From IMG/VR virus record IMGVR_UViG_3300045988_159943, positions 1 through 32,308 of that record: 32,308 nucleotides of DNA; one strand, given 5' to 3'. This DNA comes from a virus. A program made the position numbers and the translations under genes. Position 1 is the stretch's first letter, and each line of letters starts with the position of its first letter. A model generated the notes under the pieces. That model was not told the DNA's origin. It made no database searches and saw nothing but the letters and a program-made list of their open reading frames with translations. Below, in pieces: positions 10,287 to 20,130 of the stretch.

Positions 10287-13200
10287 ATGATGGGCTTTGT
10301 AAATCTTCATGTTCACAGTGCAAAAGGCTCTCTACTTGACTCAATTCTAACAACAGAGCAAATTGTAGATTATGCAAAACGTAATAATCAAACTGCTATA
10401 GCTTTATCAGACCATGGTGCCATGTATGCAAGTTTAAATCTTGTTAATGATTGTTACAGAGCTGGAATTAAGCCTATTACTGCCTGTGAAATATATGAAT
10501 GTAATAACCATTTAGAGCAAGACCCAGAAGATAAATATAACCATTTGCTTTTAATCGCAAAAACAACTGAAGGACTCCACAACCTCTATAAAATTGTTTC
10601 AGAAGGGTATGTCCACGGTTTTTATCGGAAGCCTAGAGTGAGTGTGCAATGGATTAAAGAAAATGATTTGGGGCATGGGATTATTTGTCTTACGGCTTGC
10701 CAAGCCGGTCGCTTAAGCCGTTGTCTTGAGGAAGGAAATTATCAAGAGGCAGAAGATTTTGTTAATCTGTTAAAATGTACTTTTGACTATGTGTCTTTAG
10801 AAATTCAATCTCATCCAACTGAACAGCAACTTAAATGCAATACTTTAATTCTCAATTTTGCAGCGTATATGAAGATGAATTATTGTATTACAAGTGATGC
10901 TCATATGGAAACTGCAGAGCAACTTGACACTCATAGCATTTTTGTTAGCATTTCTCAAGATAGAGAAGTCGGTGAAAGCTATGTTGGTTGTCACTTGCAA
11001 AATGAAAAAGATATTTTTAAGTATCTTGGGCAATGGAATATAGAGACAGTCATTCAGAGAGGTATTGACGAAACTGCAAAAATTGCAAGCATGGTCGATG
11101 ATAATATTGATTATGAATTGAACAAAGGTACCGTTATGCCACAGGCTCACATTCCAGAAGGTTATGATGTTGAGTCTTATTTCAGATATTTGGTTTATAG
11201 CACATTTGATGAAAAGTTTGGCCATATGTCAAAGGAAGAGCAACAAAAACGTAGAGATAGAATTGAATCTGAGATTCCTGTGCTAAAAGAATTAGATTTT
11301 TTAAACTATCTTTTAATTCAGTATGAGTTCTGCAATGAGTGTGATAGACGTGGTATTCCAAGAGGATATAGCCGTGGTAGCGCGGCAAATTGCCTCTGTG
11401 TTTTTATGTTGAACGTTACCCAGGTAGATTCTGTTCGTTTCAAGTTAGACTTTGCTCGTTTTGCAAATCTTGGACGAAAAGGATCTGTTGCAGATATTGA
11501 CCTTGATCTATCTAAAGCCAGACGGCAAGAAGCTATTCAGGTTTTGTGTGATATTTTTGGAGAAGACCATGTTGCACCTATGGCAACTTTCAATACCTTG
11601 AGCACAAAGGTTGCAATTAAAGATATCGCCAAAGTATTGAATGAAAAAGAGGATAGCCCTTACTTCGGGCAACTGCCTTATTCTGTTCGAGATGAAATTA
11701 CTAAAATGATTCCTACGGTCAAAACGCTTAATGACCTTGGTGAAGAAGAAGAAAAAGATGTGCTGTTGAAAGAGCTTGTTGGTAAAAATCAAAAATTGGA
11801 TGCTTATCACAAACAGTTTCCCTTGCTTTTTAAATATGTTATGGAACTTGAAGGGCTTCCTAAGTCAAGAGGTCGGCATGCATCTGGTACTTTGTTAACT
11901 CCAAAGCCAGTTGTTTTCTATTCTCCTTTGTGTTTTGACAATGACAAAAATGTAATGTCTATGTTTGACATGCATATCTGTCAGGATACAGATGGTGGGC
12001 TAGGGCTCTGCAAAGAAGACTTGTTGGGCTTGGAGACGTTGGATATTGTTGATATGGCACTTAAAAATGCTAAATTGACATGGAAAGATGTTGATATTAA
12101 TCACCTAGACCTAGAAGACCAAAGAGTATATGACGAAGTTTATAACACTGGTAATACAGTAGGTGTGTTTCAATTTGAAAGTTATGAAGCAAGATCTATG
12201 AGTATAGCCGCTCATGTTGATGACATAGAAGCTGTAATTGCTGTAAATGCAAGTAACCGCCCTGGTACAAAAGATAGTTTTCCTGATTATTGTAAGAATA
12301 AATTACATCCAGATCAGATTCAAAGCATTCATCCAGACTTGGACGAACTGTTTAAAACAACACATTCAATTTTGTTATATCAAGAAGATGCGTTGCATTT
12401 ATTTGCTTATGCTGGATTCCCAGAAGAGCGTCAGGATGTGGCGAGACGCGCTATTGGCAAAAAAAAGAAAGATGTTATGGCTTCATTATATGAAGATTTT
12501 TCACTTGGATTAAAAAATAAAAATTGGACAGAACAACAGATTAAAGAAGTATGGGCATTACTTGCTAAACAAGCAGAGTACAGCTTCAATCGAGGGCATG
12601 CCGTTGCTTACAGCTTATTGTCTTACCTAACTGCATGGCTTAAAGTACATTACTCAACTGAGTATATGGCTGCTGTGCTAACATCTAAGTCTGATAAAAC
12701 AGAAAAGTTAAGCTCTGTTATTAACGACTGCAACCGAATGGGCATTAAGGTTCTTCCACCACAAATTAACGAATCAAAATTAACATTCACTGCAATTCCT
12801 GAACGCAATGAAATTCTTTTTGGATTCAGTGCAGTCAAGGGCATTGGCGAATCAGTTATTGTAAAAATTTTAGATGGGCAACCTTACTCTAGTTTTAATG
12901 ATTATCTTGAAAAGATTCAAGATAAAACTGCTACTATTGCTTTAATTAAAGCTGGAGCATTTCCGACAAATAATAAAATGAAACTTATGCAAAAATATGC
13001 TAAAAGTTTGTTTCCCGCCAAAGAATACAAGCCAGTTACTTCATTGCCAACAAAAGCAAAGCTTATGCTTGATTGGGATATTGATGTTGAAGACTACAAA
13101 GTTGAAAAAAAGACAGACAAAGAAGCGGTTCTTACCATCTATAATCAAAAGCGTAAACAAAAATTTGACGAAGAGCAAAAGGCCAAGTATCAAATTTTTA

Positions 13201-13616
13201 TGAATGATTTCCGTGACAAATATGCAACAAATGAATTTATGTGGGAGTTTGATAGTTTATCTATGTTCGTCACAGAGAATCCATTGCAAGAAGCATATGA
13301 CATTCTTGGTTCTGAGTGGGATGATATACCCAATGGCAGTAAAACAGTTGTGCCATGTGTCATTGTTGACATTAAGCGCAAAAAAGACAAAAACAACAAC
13401 CAATTTGCCTATATTGATCTATGCACCAACAATAAAATTGTTGAAGGAACAATTTGGAGTAAACAACTTAAAGAATATCATGAACTAATGACAAAAGGAA
13501 GCTGTGTTTGTATTCTAGGGAGAAAAGAAGATAATCATTTATTTGTTGAAAAAGTTAAGGAATATACTCAATGGTTTTCAGATATTCAACGCAAAATCAA
13601 TAAGGGCAAGCAATAA
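10287..13616 (+). CDS. dnaE: DNA polymerase III alpha subunit (DnaE-type, with N-terminal PHP domain)
   Basis: PHP motif NLHVHSAKGSLLDS. Catalytic aspartate motif VADIDLDLS. FNRGHAVAYS-type motif. 1109 aa. Confidence 0.85.
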   Translation: MMGFVNLHVHSAKGSLLDSILTTEQIVDYAKRNNQTAIALSDHGAMYASLNLVNDCYRAGIKPITACEIYECNNHLEQDPEDKYNHLLLIAKTTEGLHNLYKIVSEGYVHGFYRKPRVSVQWIKENDLGHGIICLTACQAGRLSRCLEEGNYQEAEDFVNLLKCTFDYVSLEIQSHPTEQQLKCNTLILNFAAYMKMNYCITSDAHMETAEQLDTHSIFVSISQDREVGESYVGCHLQNEKDIFKYLGQWNIETVIQRGIDETAKIASMVDDNIDYELNKGTVMPQAHIPEGYDVESYFRYLVYSTFDEKFGHMSKEEQQKRRDRIESEIPVLKELDFLNYLLIQYEFCNECDRRGIPRGYSRGSAANCLCVFMLNVTQVDSVRFKLDFARFANLGRKGSVADIDLDLSKARRQEAIQVLCDIFGEDHVAPMATFNTLSTKVAIKDIAKVLNEKEDSPYFGQLPYSVRDEITKMIPTVKTLNDLGEEEEKDVLLKELVGKNQKLDAYHKQFPLLFKYVMELEGLPKSRGRHASGTLLTPKPVVFYSPLCFDNDKNVMSMFDMHICQDTDGGLGLCKEDLLGLETLDIVDMALKNAKLTWKDVDINHLDLEDQRVYDEVYNTGNTVGVFQFESYEARSMSIAAHVDDIEAVIAVNASNRPGTKDSFPDYCKNKLHPDQIQSIHPDLDELFKTTHSILLYQEDALHLFAYAGFPEERQDVARRAIGKKKKDVMASLYEDFSLGLKNKNWTEQQIKEVWALLAKQAEYSFNRGHAVAYSLLSYLTAWLKVHYSTEYMAAVLTSKSDKTEKLSSVINDCNRMGIKVLPPQINESKLTFTAIPERNEILFGFSAVKGIGESVIVKILDGQPYSSFNDYLEKIQDKTATIALIKAGAFPTNNKMKLMQKYAKSLFPAKEYKPVTSLPTKAKLMLDWDIDVEDYKVEKKTDKEAVLTIYNQKRKQKFDEEQKAKYQIFMNDFRDKYATNEFMWEFDSLSMFVTENPLQEAYDILGSEWDDIPNGSKTVVPCVIVDIKRKKDKNNNQFAYIDLCTNNKIVEGTIWSKQLKEYHELMTKGSCVCILGRKEDNHLFVEKVKEYTQWFSDIQRKINKGKQ

Positions 13617-13635
13617 AATATTTATCCCTATTCCG

Positions 13636-13664
13636 TTGACAATACAAAATTATTGTGGTATAAT
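13636..13664 (+). promoter_or_regulatory. strong sigma-A promoter with extended -10
   Basis: TTGACA (13636-13641), 17-nt spacer, TGgTATAAT (13656-13664). Conserved CAATACAAAATTATT motif occupies the spacer. Confidence 0.65.
13640..13654 (+). promoter_or_regulatory. conserved motif copy 5: CAATACAAAATTATT
   Basis: Exact 15-mer inside the spacer of the TTGACA/TATAAT promoter. Confidence 0.5.
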
Positions 13665-13696
13665 ACCCAAAGAACACCTGAAAGGAAGTGACATTA

Positions 13697-14017
13697 ATGG
13701 AAGACATTAATCACAACGTAGAAGAAGAGAGTTTAGAACTAGTTGACAAACCTGCTTCCGAAATGAGTAATGATCAACTTAAAGAGGCTATCTCTCAACA
13801 GATGGACAAGTTGCGCAGGCAAGGCTTATTACTGGGCGCTCAGTCGATGTGTCGTGTAATTTTGAATAAGATTTATGAGCATCAGGCTAAGCCAGGGAAA
13901 AAGAGTTATAGGGATTATGAAAGATTAGTTTCTGATATCAAACAATTCTGCGAAACTGGATTGTCTAGGAAAGTTGATCTAGATGGAGAAACGTCACCTG
14001 TTGATGAACAGGAATAA
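13697..14017 (+). CDS. hypothetical protein
   Basis: ORF with RBS AAAGGAAG. ATG at 13697 is preferred over the GTG at 13688 used in the ORF track. No recognisable domain. Confidence 0.45.
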   Translation: MEDINHNVEEESLELVDKPASEMSNDQLKEAISQQMDKLRRQGLLLGAQSMCRVILNKIYEHQAKPGKKSYRDYERLVSDIKQFCETGLSRKVDLDGETSPVDEQE

Positions 14018-14032
14018 GAGTACAAAATTATT
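14018..14032 (+). promoter_or_regulatory. conserved motif copy 6 (variant GAGTACAAAATTATT)
   Basis: Immediately 5' of the nrdD RBS GGGAG. Confidence 0.5.
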
Positions 14033-14050
14033 GGGAGTGTGATTTAACTT

Positions 14051-14701
14051 ATGATTGTAACTAAACGTGATGGACGACAAGTTGAGTTTGATAAGCAAAA
14101 AATCAAACTTGCGATTTTAAAGGCCTTTCTTGAAGTAGATGGTGAAGAAACCCCATACGCCAAAGATAAGGCTAGAGATATTGCTAATTATATTGAGGCA
14201 CTTGAACGAGATATGAACGTTGAGGAAATTCAAGATGAAATTGTCAATAAGCTTATGGCAAGTGCGAGAAAAGATGTCGCATCAAGATATGTAGAGTATA
14301 GACATCTGCATAAAATGGCAAGAGAACAGTATAAAGAACTAATGGATGCAGTTAATGAAAAACTATCTGCTTCTAATGTTCAGAATCAAAATGCAAATGT
14401 TGATGAACATAGCTTTGGTGGTCGTATTGGCGAAGCAGCAGATGTCGTCATGAAAAAGATTGCATTAGATTATTGTGTGTCTGAAATGGCAAAGAATAAT
14501 CATTTAAATAATGAAATTTATATTCATGACCTTTCTCATTATGCAGTAGGAGACCACAATTGTCTATCAGTCCCATTTGATGATCTACTTGCAAATGGAT
14601 TTAATACAAGACAGACGGATGTAAGACCTGCTCAGTCTATTAATACAGCATTTCAGCTTGTAGCTGTAATTTTCCAGATTCAATCGTTGCAACAGTTTGG
14701 T
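14051..14701 (+). CDS. nrdD: anaerobic ribonucleoside-triphosphate reductase NrdD, exon 1
   Basis: N-terminal ATP-cone (MIVTKRDGRQVEFDKQKIKLAILKAF). The reading frame ends in a stop two codons after the proposed 5' splice site. Confidence 0.8.
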
Positions 14702-15727
14702 AGATAATACTGCCTGTTAAACCTTTTCGCACTCATCATGCGGGTACAATTTATTGTGCTAACGGGGAAGCCTAAACTTTTATAAGCATGGTAATCCCGT
14801 GGGAAAATAATTGCTTAAAATCAATAATCTCCTTGCAGGAGATGAGTTAATTGATAGTTTATAAAATTACAAATAATATAAATTGCAAAGTATATATTGG
14901 AATTACAACATGCTCATTAGAATATCGGTGGTCAAAGCATATCACAGAGAGCCGTAATGAAAATAATGCAAAACATTTATATAAAGCCATAAGAAAATAT
15001 GGATTAGATAATTTCTCTATTGAGCAAATTGATTCATCGGATGATTTTAAAGAGCTTGGTAGGTTAGAAAGACAATATATTAAACAGTATGATTCTCAAA
15101 ACCCAAACAAAGGATATAATCTCACGGCTGGCGGAGAATCAAATCAATGGGATGCAAATCCTGCATCAAAATTGTCCTATGATGATGTTGTTCAAATTAG
15201 AGAAATATATGCCATGTGTGAATTAAAACTAGAAGAATGTTGGCGACTTTTTAAAGATAAAATATCTTATTCTGGATTTCAAAAAGTATGGAACGGCACA
15301 ACATGGCAAGGAATTATGGATGAGGTATATACCAAAGAGAATATACAAATTCATAGTTCACAAAAATCTAATCCCGGGAGCAAAAACGGTAATGCAAGAA
15401 TGACCGATAATGGTGTTATTGAAGTTCGAAAATATTATGTCGATCATACATTACAAGAAACATATGAAAAATATGGTAAGGCTTATACTAAAGATGGTTT
15501 CAGAGAGACACTCAATAGGACGTATTCTTATTTACCAATTTATCATAAAATGAAAAAATATTGGACTTTAAATGGCGAGATTATTGATATAAACAATTAT
15601 AATCCTGTATCGACTATCCCTGTATCGAGGGAGTAGAATTACTATTGATACGTAATTCGAAATGGGTTTTGCGAGCTTAATGCTCGTTAAGATATAGTCA
15701 GTCCCCATAGAAATATGGGATGAGACG
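14702..15727 (+). mobile_element. group I (IA2-like) self-splicing intron in nrdD carrying a homing endonuclease gene
   Basis: Splits NrdD. Core elements are similar to the T4 td/nrdD introns: CTAACGGGGAAGCCT ... AATCCCGTG (14758-14801) and the S element AAGATATAGTC (15689-15699). P9-like hairpin CCCATAG-AAA-TATGGG (15704-15719). U precedes the proposed 5' splice site (14701) and G precedes the 3' splice site (15727). Boundaries are inferred, not experimentally known. Confidence 0.7.
14851..15636 (+). CDS. GIY-YIG homing endonuclease (intron-encoded)
   Basis: N-terminal IVYKITNNINCKVYIGIT (GIY...YIG), then R and E of the catalytic motif (RWSKHITESRN). TTG start. Its SD AGGAG (14837-14841) lies within a 6-bp hairpin ATCTCC/GGAGAT (14827-14843). 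Confidence 0.8.
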   Translation: MIVYKITNNINCKVYIGITTCSLEYRWSKHITESRNENNAKHLYKAIRKYGLDNFSIEQIDSSDDFKELGRLERQYIKQYDSQNPNKGYNLTAGGESNQWDANPASKLSYDDVVQIREIYAMCELKLEECWRLFKDKISYSGFQKVWNGTTWQGIMDEVYTKENIQIHSSQKSNPGSKNGNARMTDNGVIEVRKYYVDHTLQETYEKYGKAYTKDGFRETLNRTYSYLPIYHKMKKYWTLNGEIIDINNYNPVSTIPVSRE

Positions 15728-17311
15728 GGTGTTTCAGCAACACACTTAGATTGGACGATGGTTCCTTATGTAAGAAAGAGCTTTTATAAGCATTTTAAAG
15801 ATGCAATTAAATATATGGCTGGAATTAGTTTTGAAAAATATGAAGGATCTTTTGAACCTGAAAAACAATCAATTGATGACTTTTTCTATAAGTCCTTTGG
15901 CGACAAAGTATATCAATATGCTCTTGATATGACAGAACGTGAAGCAAAACAAGCAGTTGAAGGAATGTATCATAATCTTAATACACTACAAAGCCGATCT
16001 GGTAATCAGCTTCCATTTAGCTCTGTGAACTACGGTACTTGCACTTTGGCAGAAGGCCGTATGATTATTAAAGCATTACTGAACGCTTCTATCGAAGGCA
16101 CAGGTAGACTACATAAAACCTCTATCTTCCCCTGCGGTATCTTCCAGTGTATGAAGGGAGTTAATAGAATTCCAGGTGACCCTAACTACGACCTTTATCA
16201 ACTTGCTCTGAAGTCTACAGCACAAAGATTGTATCCTAATTATGCAAATGTAGATTGGTCTGGTAATGTTGGATATGATATAAGTGACCCAAGAACATAC
16301 TTCAGCACCATGGGCTGCAGAACCGCAAATGGTTGGGATATTAATGGATTCGGACAACTAAAAGATGGTAGAGGAAATATTTGCCCAACTACAATTATCA
16401 TGCCAACTCTTGCGATGGAAGCCAAAGAATTTGTAGCGAAAAATTCTGAACCTTTCTGTGAGAACTTAGAAGGACTAACAGTAGATAAGTTCTTAGAAAT
16501 TCTTGATATCAAAATTCACGAAGCAAAAGATATGCTTATTGAACGCTTTGATTGGATTTGCTCTCAGAGTCCAGAGTCTGCAAAGTTCATGTATGAGAAT
16601 GGAACAATGAAGGGGTATGACGGCAAAGATATCCGCTCTGCACTAAAGCATGGAACCCTAGCCCTAGGTCAACTCGGCCTTGCTGAAACATTACAGATTC
16701 TAATTGGGTGCGACCATACTACAGAAAAAGGCATGGAGTTAGCAAAGCGCATTGAACAGTTATTCAAAAATAGATGCGCTGAGTTTAAGGAAAAATATAA
16801 ACTCAACTTTGGTGTGTATTATACTCCTGCTGAAAATCTTTGTTATACTGCAATGCAAAAATTTAAAGATAAATATGGTGAGATTCCAAACGTATCTGAC
16901 AAAGATTTCTTTACTAACAGCATCCATGTTCCTGTGTGGAAAGACATTGACCCATTTGAGAAAATTGATATTGAGTCGCAACTAACTGGATACTCTAGCG
17001 CAGGATGCATCACTTATGTTGAACTTGAATCAACTGCTAAACATAACATTGAAGCCCTAGAGACAATTGTTAATTATGCCATGGATCATGATATTCCATA
17101 CTTTGCAATTAATGTACCAAATGATACTTGTATGGATTGTGGTTACTGCGATGAAATCAATGATACATGTCCTATGTGTGGTAGTACTAACATTCAAAGA
17201 TTACGTCGTGTAACGGGATATCTTACCGGAGATTACAAAACTGCATTCAATAAAGGTAAACAACAAGAAACAGAATTGAGAACAAAGCATTCTAAATCTA
17301 CTTGGAGGTGA
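15728..17311 (+). CDS. nrdD: anaerobic ribonucleoside-triphosphate reductase NrdD, exon 2
   Basis: In-frame continuation GVSATHLDWTMVPYV... C-terminal Zn site CMDCGYC...CPMCG and glycyl-radical motif RVTGYLTG. Confidence 0.8.
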   Translation, partial: GVSATHLDWTMVPYVRKSFYKHFKDAIKYMAGISFEKYEGSFEPEKQSIDDFFYKSFGDKVYQYALDMTEREAKQAVEGMYHNLNTLQSRSGNQLPFSSVNYGTCTLAEGRMIIKALLNASIEGTGRLHKTSIFPCGIFQCMKGVNRIPGDPNYDLYQLALKSTAQRLYPNYANVDWSGNVGYDISDPRTYFSTMGCRTANGWDINGFGQLKDGRGNICPTTIIMPTLAMEAKEFVAKNSEPFCENLEGLTVDKFLEILDIKIHEAKDMLIERFDWICSQSPESAKFMYENGTMKGYDGKDIRSALKHGTLALGQLGLAETLQILIGCDHTTEKGMELAKRIEQLFKNRCAEFKEKYKLNFGVYYTPAENLCYTAMQKFKDKYGEIPNVSDKDFFTNSIHVPVWKDIDPFEKIDIESQLTGYSSAGCITYVELESTAKHNIEALETIVNYAMDHDIPYFAINVPNDTCMDCGYCDEINDTCPMCGSTNIQRLRRVTGYLTGDYKTAFNKGKQQETELRTKHSKSTWR

Positions 17312-17315
17312 TACA

Positions 17316-17837
17316 ATGCGCTATATGCAAATTGATAAATCTTCAATTAGCAATGGACTTGGAGTACGTGTTGTTTTATGGTGTGTTGGATGTTCCCAGG
17401 AATGTAAAGGATGCTTTAATCCTGAAACATGGAGTTTTGAAACAGGCAAAGAGTTTAATGAGGCTGCAAAAAAATATTTGTTTGAACAACTAAGTAAACC
17501 ATATATTAAAGGACTTACATTAAGTGGTGGGCATCCTCTTGAAAAACAAAATAGAAGTGATATTTATTTTTTGTTAAAAGAAATTAAAAAACAGTTTTCA
17601 TCAAAAGATATATGGCTATACACTGGTTATGTGTGGGAAGATATTGCAAACATCAGAGAAATTCAACATATTTTATGTTATGTAGATGTTCTTGTTGATG
17701 GTCCTTATATTGAATCTCAACGGGACATTACACTTCCATTCCGGGGGAGTACAAATCAGCGCATCATTGATGTTGGACAATCGTTAGAACAAAATCAAGT
17801 TGTTCTATACAATACAAAATTACTAAAAGGAGAATGA
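17316..17837 (+). CDS. nrdG: anaerobic RNR activating protein NrdG (radical SAM)
   Basis: CxxxCxxC radical-SAM cluster motif (CSQECKGC) near the N-terminus. ~173 aa. Immediately downstream of nrdD. Confidence 0.8.
   Translation: MRYMQIDKSSISNGLGVRVVLWCVGCSQECKGCFNPETWSFETGKEFNEAAKKYLFEQLSKPYIKGLTLSGGHPLEKQNRSDIYFLLKEIKKQFSSKDIWLYTGYVWEDIANIREIQHILCYVDVLVDGPYIESQRDITLPFRGSTNQRIIDVGQSLEQNQVVLYNTKLLKGE
17810..17824 (+). promoter_or_regulatory. conserved motif copy 7: CAATACAAAATTACT
   Basis: Within the 3' end of nrdG coding sequence. 17 nt upstream of the 17842 start. Confidence 0.45.
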
Positions 17838-17841
17838 TATT

Positions 17842-18120
17842 ATGTACCAATGTGCTATTTGTGGAAAGACACATCATACTATCGAAGAGCGTCACGCTTG
17901 TGAAACTGAGTGTCTAAAGAAGCGTAAAGAAGATGAAGTAAAAGTTGCTCAAGAAAAGAAGCGTAAGGAAAAGTTGAGTAGTGAGAAAACAATCAATGAA
18001 GAGCTTGACAAGCTTGATAAGATGGTAAAAGAGCATTTAAGAAAGTATGAGTATTTTTCTGTTTGCAACAATTATCCCTACCTAAGCACAATCTTTAAGA
18101 AGTCTGCATTTTGGTTTTAA
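17842..18120 (+). CDS. small zinc-ribbon/coiled-coil protein
   Basis: CAICGK...CETEC then a Lys/Glu-rich helical segment. Preceded by conserved CAATACAAAATTACT motif and GGAGA RBS. Confidence 0.4.
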   Translation: MYQCAICGKTHHTIEERHACETECLKKRKEDEVKVAQEKKRKEKLSSEKTINEELDKLDKMVKEHLRKYEYFSVCNNYPYLSTIFKKSAFWF

Positions 18121-18133
18121 TAGGAGGTATTAA

Positions 18134-18580
18134 ATGAGTTTTGAAGTGAAATTTGTACGGCTAAGAGATGGGGCGCAACCCCCATCTCGTGGAAGTGATT
18201 TTGCGGCAGGATATGATTTATATGCTTGCATGGACAATTCAAATGAAGTAACTCTTTGGCCAGGAAAGACTGTAAAAATTGGCACAGGACTTTCTATTCA
18301 ACCTCCTCCTGGATATTTTGGAGCTATTTTCGCAAGAAGTGGATTAGCAACTAAGCAAGGATTAAGACCTGCTAACTGTGTAGGCGTGTGTGACGAAGAT
18401 TACACTGGAGAATACATTGTTCCAGTCCATAATGACAGTGATCATTATCATATTGTTCATAATGGAGATCGCATTGCCCAATTAGTTTTTTTGCCTTATC
18501 TTAATATTAAATTTGAAGAAGTTGATACTTTAAATAAAACTTCTAGAGGCTCAGACGGGTTTGGAAGCACTGGACAGTGA
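18134..18580 (+). CDS. dut: dUTP diphosphatase
   Basis: dUTPase motifs AAGYDL, RSGLA, DEDYTGE (for DSDYRGE), GDRIAQL. 148 aa. Confidence 0.8.
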   Translation: MSFEVKFVRLRDGAQPPSRGSDFAAGYDLYACMDNSNEVTLWPGKTVKIGTGLSIQPPPGYFGAIFARSGLATKQGLRPANCVGVCDEDYTGEYIVPVHNDSDHYHIVHNGDRIAQLVFLPYLNIKFEEVDTLNKTSRGSDGFGSTGQ

Positions 18581-18589
18581 GGTGACACT

Positions 18590-19312
18590 ATGCAAGTAAC
18601 ATTAACAAGAGTGACAGAAAATCCAATTTTAGCGATTGAAGAGGCGGCAAGCAATTGCTACGACAGTACACCAACAACAAATGGCACTATAATGAATTCT
18701 TGTTATAAATCAGGGCATCATTCTGTTCTTGAATTTGCAGATTTTACTTTTCATGTCGAAGGAATTTCTCGTGCATGCTCTCATCAACTCGTTCGGCATC
18801 GTCATGCCAGTTATGCACAAAGATCACAACGATATATTAAAGAAGATGCTTTTCAGTATGTATTTCCAAATACCATCAAAGACAGTAAAGATGCAGATGC
18901 TATATATCAGCATTTTATGAATAGGTGCCAACTAACTTATGATCATCTTATTCAATTAGGAATTCCAGCAGAAGATGCTCGTATGGTTTTGCCAAATGCA
19001 TGTAAGACAATCATTGAGATAAAAATGAATGGCAGAGAATTAATTCACTTCATGAACGAAAGACTTTGCACTAGGGCTCAATGGGAGATTAGAGAATTAG
19101 CGAAGCAAATGAAGAAATGCATCCAAGAATATAATGATGAATGTGCAAAGTTTGCACAATTTTTAAAACCAAAATGTTGTGCTCAATGGCCTATTCGTTT
19201 TTGTACTGAACAAAATAGTTGTGGGATGGCTCCGAAGCTACAAGATGTATTTGACGCTTATATTGAATCCAAAGGATTAAAGTTGCATGCGCACAGTGAT
19301 GACAATGAGTAA
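18590..19312 (+). CDS. thyX: flavin-dependent thymidylate synthase ThyX
   Basis: ThyX signature RHRHASYAQRSQRY (RHR-x7-S...QR). 240 aa. Confidence 0.8.
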   Translation: MQVTLTRVTENPILAIEEAASNCYDSTPTTNGTIMNSCYKSGHHSVLEFADFTFHVEGISRACSHQLVRHRHASYAQRSQRYIKEDAFQYVFPNTIKDSKDADAIYQHFMNRCQLTYDHLIQLGIPAEDARMVLPNACKTIIEIKMNGRELIHFMNERLCTRAQWEIRELAKQMKKCIQEYNDECAKFAQFLKPKCCAQWPIRFCTEQNSCGMAPKLQDVFDAYIESKGLKLHAHSDDNE

Positions 19313-19862
19313 ACCTTTATTTTTATTTGTTGGAAAATCAGCATCTGGGAAAACAACTATTGCAAACATGTTAACCGAAAATGGCTACTCACAAATTGCT
19401 TCATATACAACACGTCCTCCACGTTACAAAGGTGAAAAAGAGCATACGTTTATTTCAGAAGAAGAGTATGACAAACTTGAAAATATTATGGCAGAAACTC
19501 ATTATAATGGCTATCGTTATTGCACGACTTTAGAACAAATTAAAAATGCAGACATTTATGTAGTTGACCCTCCTGGAGTTTCTACTTTGATGGATAACTA
19601 CGATAAAATTGGTCGTTTCGTCTATGCCATTTATTTTGATGCGAATGTTTATAATCGAGTACAACGCATGCTTACTAGAGGAGACAGTGATACTCAAGTT
19701 GTTGGTAGGTTGTTACAAGATGAGCAATATGACTGGCTAGAAACTTTACTAAACATTGATAAAAACAATCGTGGAAAAATGATTATGTATGTAGTTGATG
19801 CCAATCAAGATTTAGAAAATGTATATTATGATGTAAAAAATACTATTAAAAGATACATTTAA
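19287..19862 (+). CDS. P-loop nucleoside/nucleotide kinase (putative dNMP kinase)
   Basis: Walker A VGKSASGKTT at the N-terminus. Size about 185 aa. Start could instead be the ATG at ~19305 (MSKPLF...). Confidence 0.5.
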   Translation: MRTVMTMSKPLFLFVGKSASGKTTIANMLTENGYSQIASYTTRPPRYKGEKEHTFISEEEYDKLENIMAETHYNGYRYCTTLEQIKNADIYVVDPPGVSTLMDNYDKIGRFVYAIYFDANVYNRVQRMLTRGDSDTQVVGRLLQDEQYDWLETLLNIDKNNRGKMIMYVVDANQDLENVYYDVKNTIKRYI

Positions 19863-19869
19863 AAATAAA

Positions 19870-19906
19870 AGGGCAGTGACGGATAATCTCTGTTACTGTC
19901 CTTTTT
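19870..19906 (+). terminator. rho-independent terminator ending the early/nucleotide-metabolism operon
   Basis: Stem GGGCAGTGAC / GTTACTGTCC (two G-U pairs), loop GGATAATCTCT, followed by TTTTTT. Confidence 0.7.
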
Positions 19907-19931
19907 TATATACAAATAGGAGTTGACATAA

Positions 19932-20123
19932 ATGCAAAACAATACACAATTTTATACCGTAACCGACATAAAAAACATCTTGACAATTGGAACAAATAAA
20001 GCGTATAATTTAGTTAATTCGGAAGGCTTCCCAAGTCTTCGTATTGGCAGAAAAATACTTGTCCCAAAAGATGAATTCGAAAAGTGGGTCAAAACATATT
20101 TGTACCACGAATATATATTATAA
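19932..20123 (+). CDS. xis: excisionase/AlpA-like HTH DNA-binding protein
   Basis: 63 aa. YTVTDIKNILTIGTNKAYNLVNSEGFPSLRIGRKILVPKDEFEKWV matches the Xis/MerR-type HTH_17 pattern (...I...P....GR...). Coordinates taken from the ORF track. Confidence 0.6.
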   Translation: MQNNTQFYTVTDIKNILTIGTNKAYNLVNSEGFPSLRIGRKILVPKDEFEKWVKTYLYHEYIL

Positions 20124-20130
20124 ATATAGA

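Noticed and set aside
10845-11810. Several 68-126 aa - strand ORFs inside the DNA polymerase gene
   Set aside because: Fully embedded in a well-supported + strand CDS. AT-rich antisense frames with no RBS. Products are low-complexity Ile/Phe/Asn-rich.
16109-16985. Several - and + strand short ORFs inside nrdD exon 2
   Set aside because: Embedded in a conserved CDS (Zn site and glycyl radical motif downstream). Likely spurious.
17302-17493. 63-aa ORF overlapping the nrdD end and nrdG start in another frame
   Set aside because: The overlapping frame is explained by the NrdG radical-SAM CDS, which has clear motifs. No independent signal.
19932-20123. Apparent frame discrepancy at 20097-20102 when translating by eye (an extra T)
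   Set aside because: Both the + ORF (19932-20123) and the overlapping - ORF in the supplied track translate cleanly through this site. Attributed to my miscount of a homopolymer, not a real frameshift. Track coordinates are used for xis.
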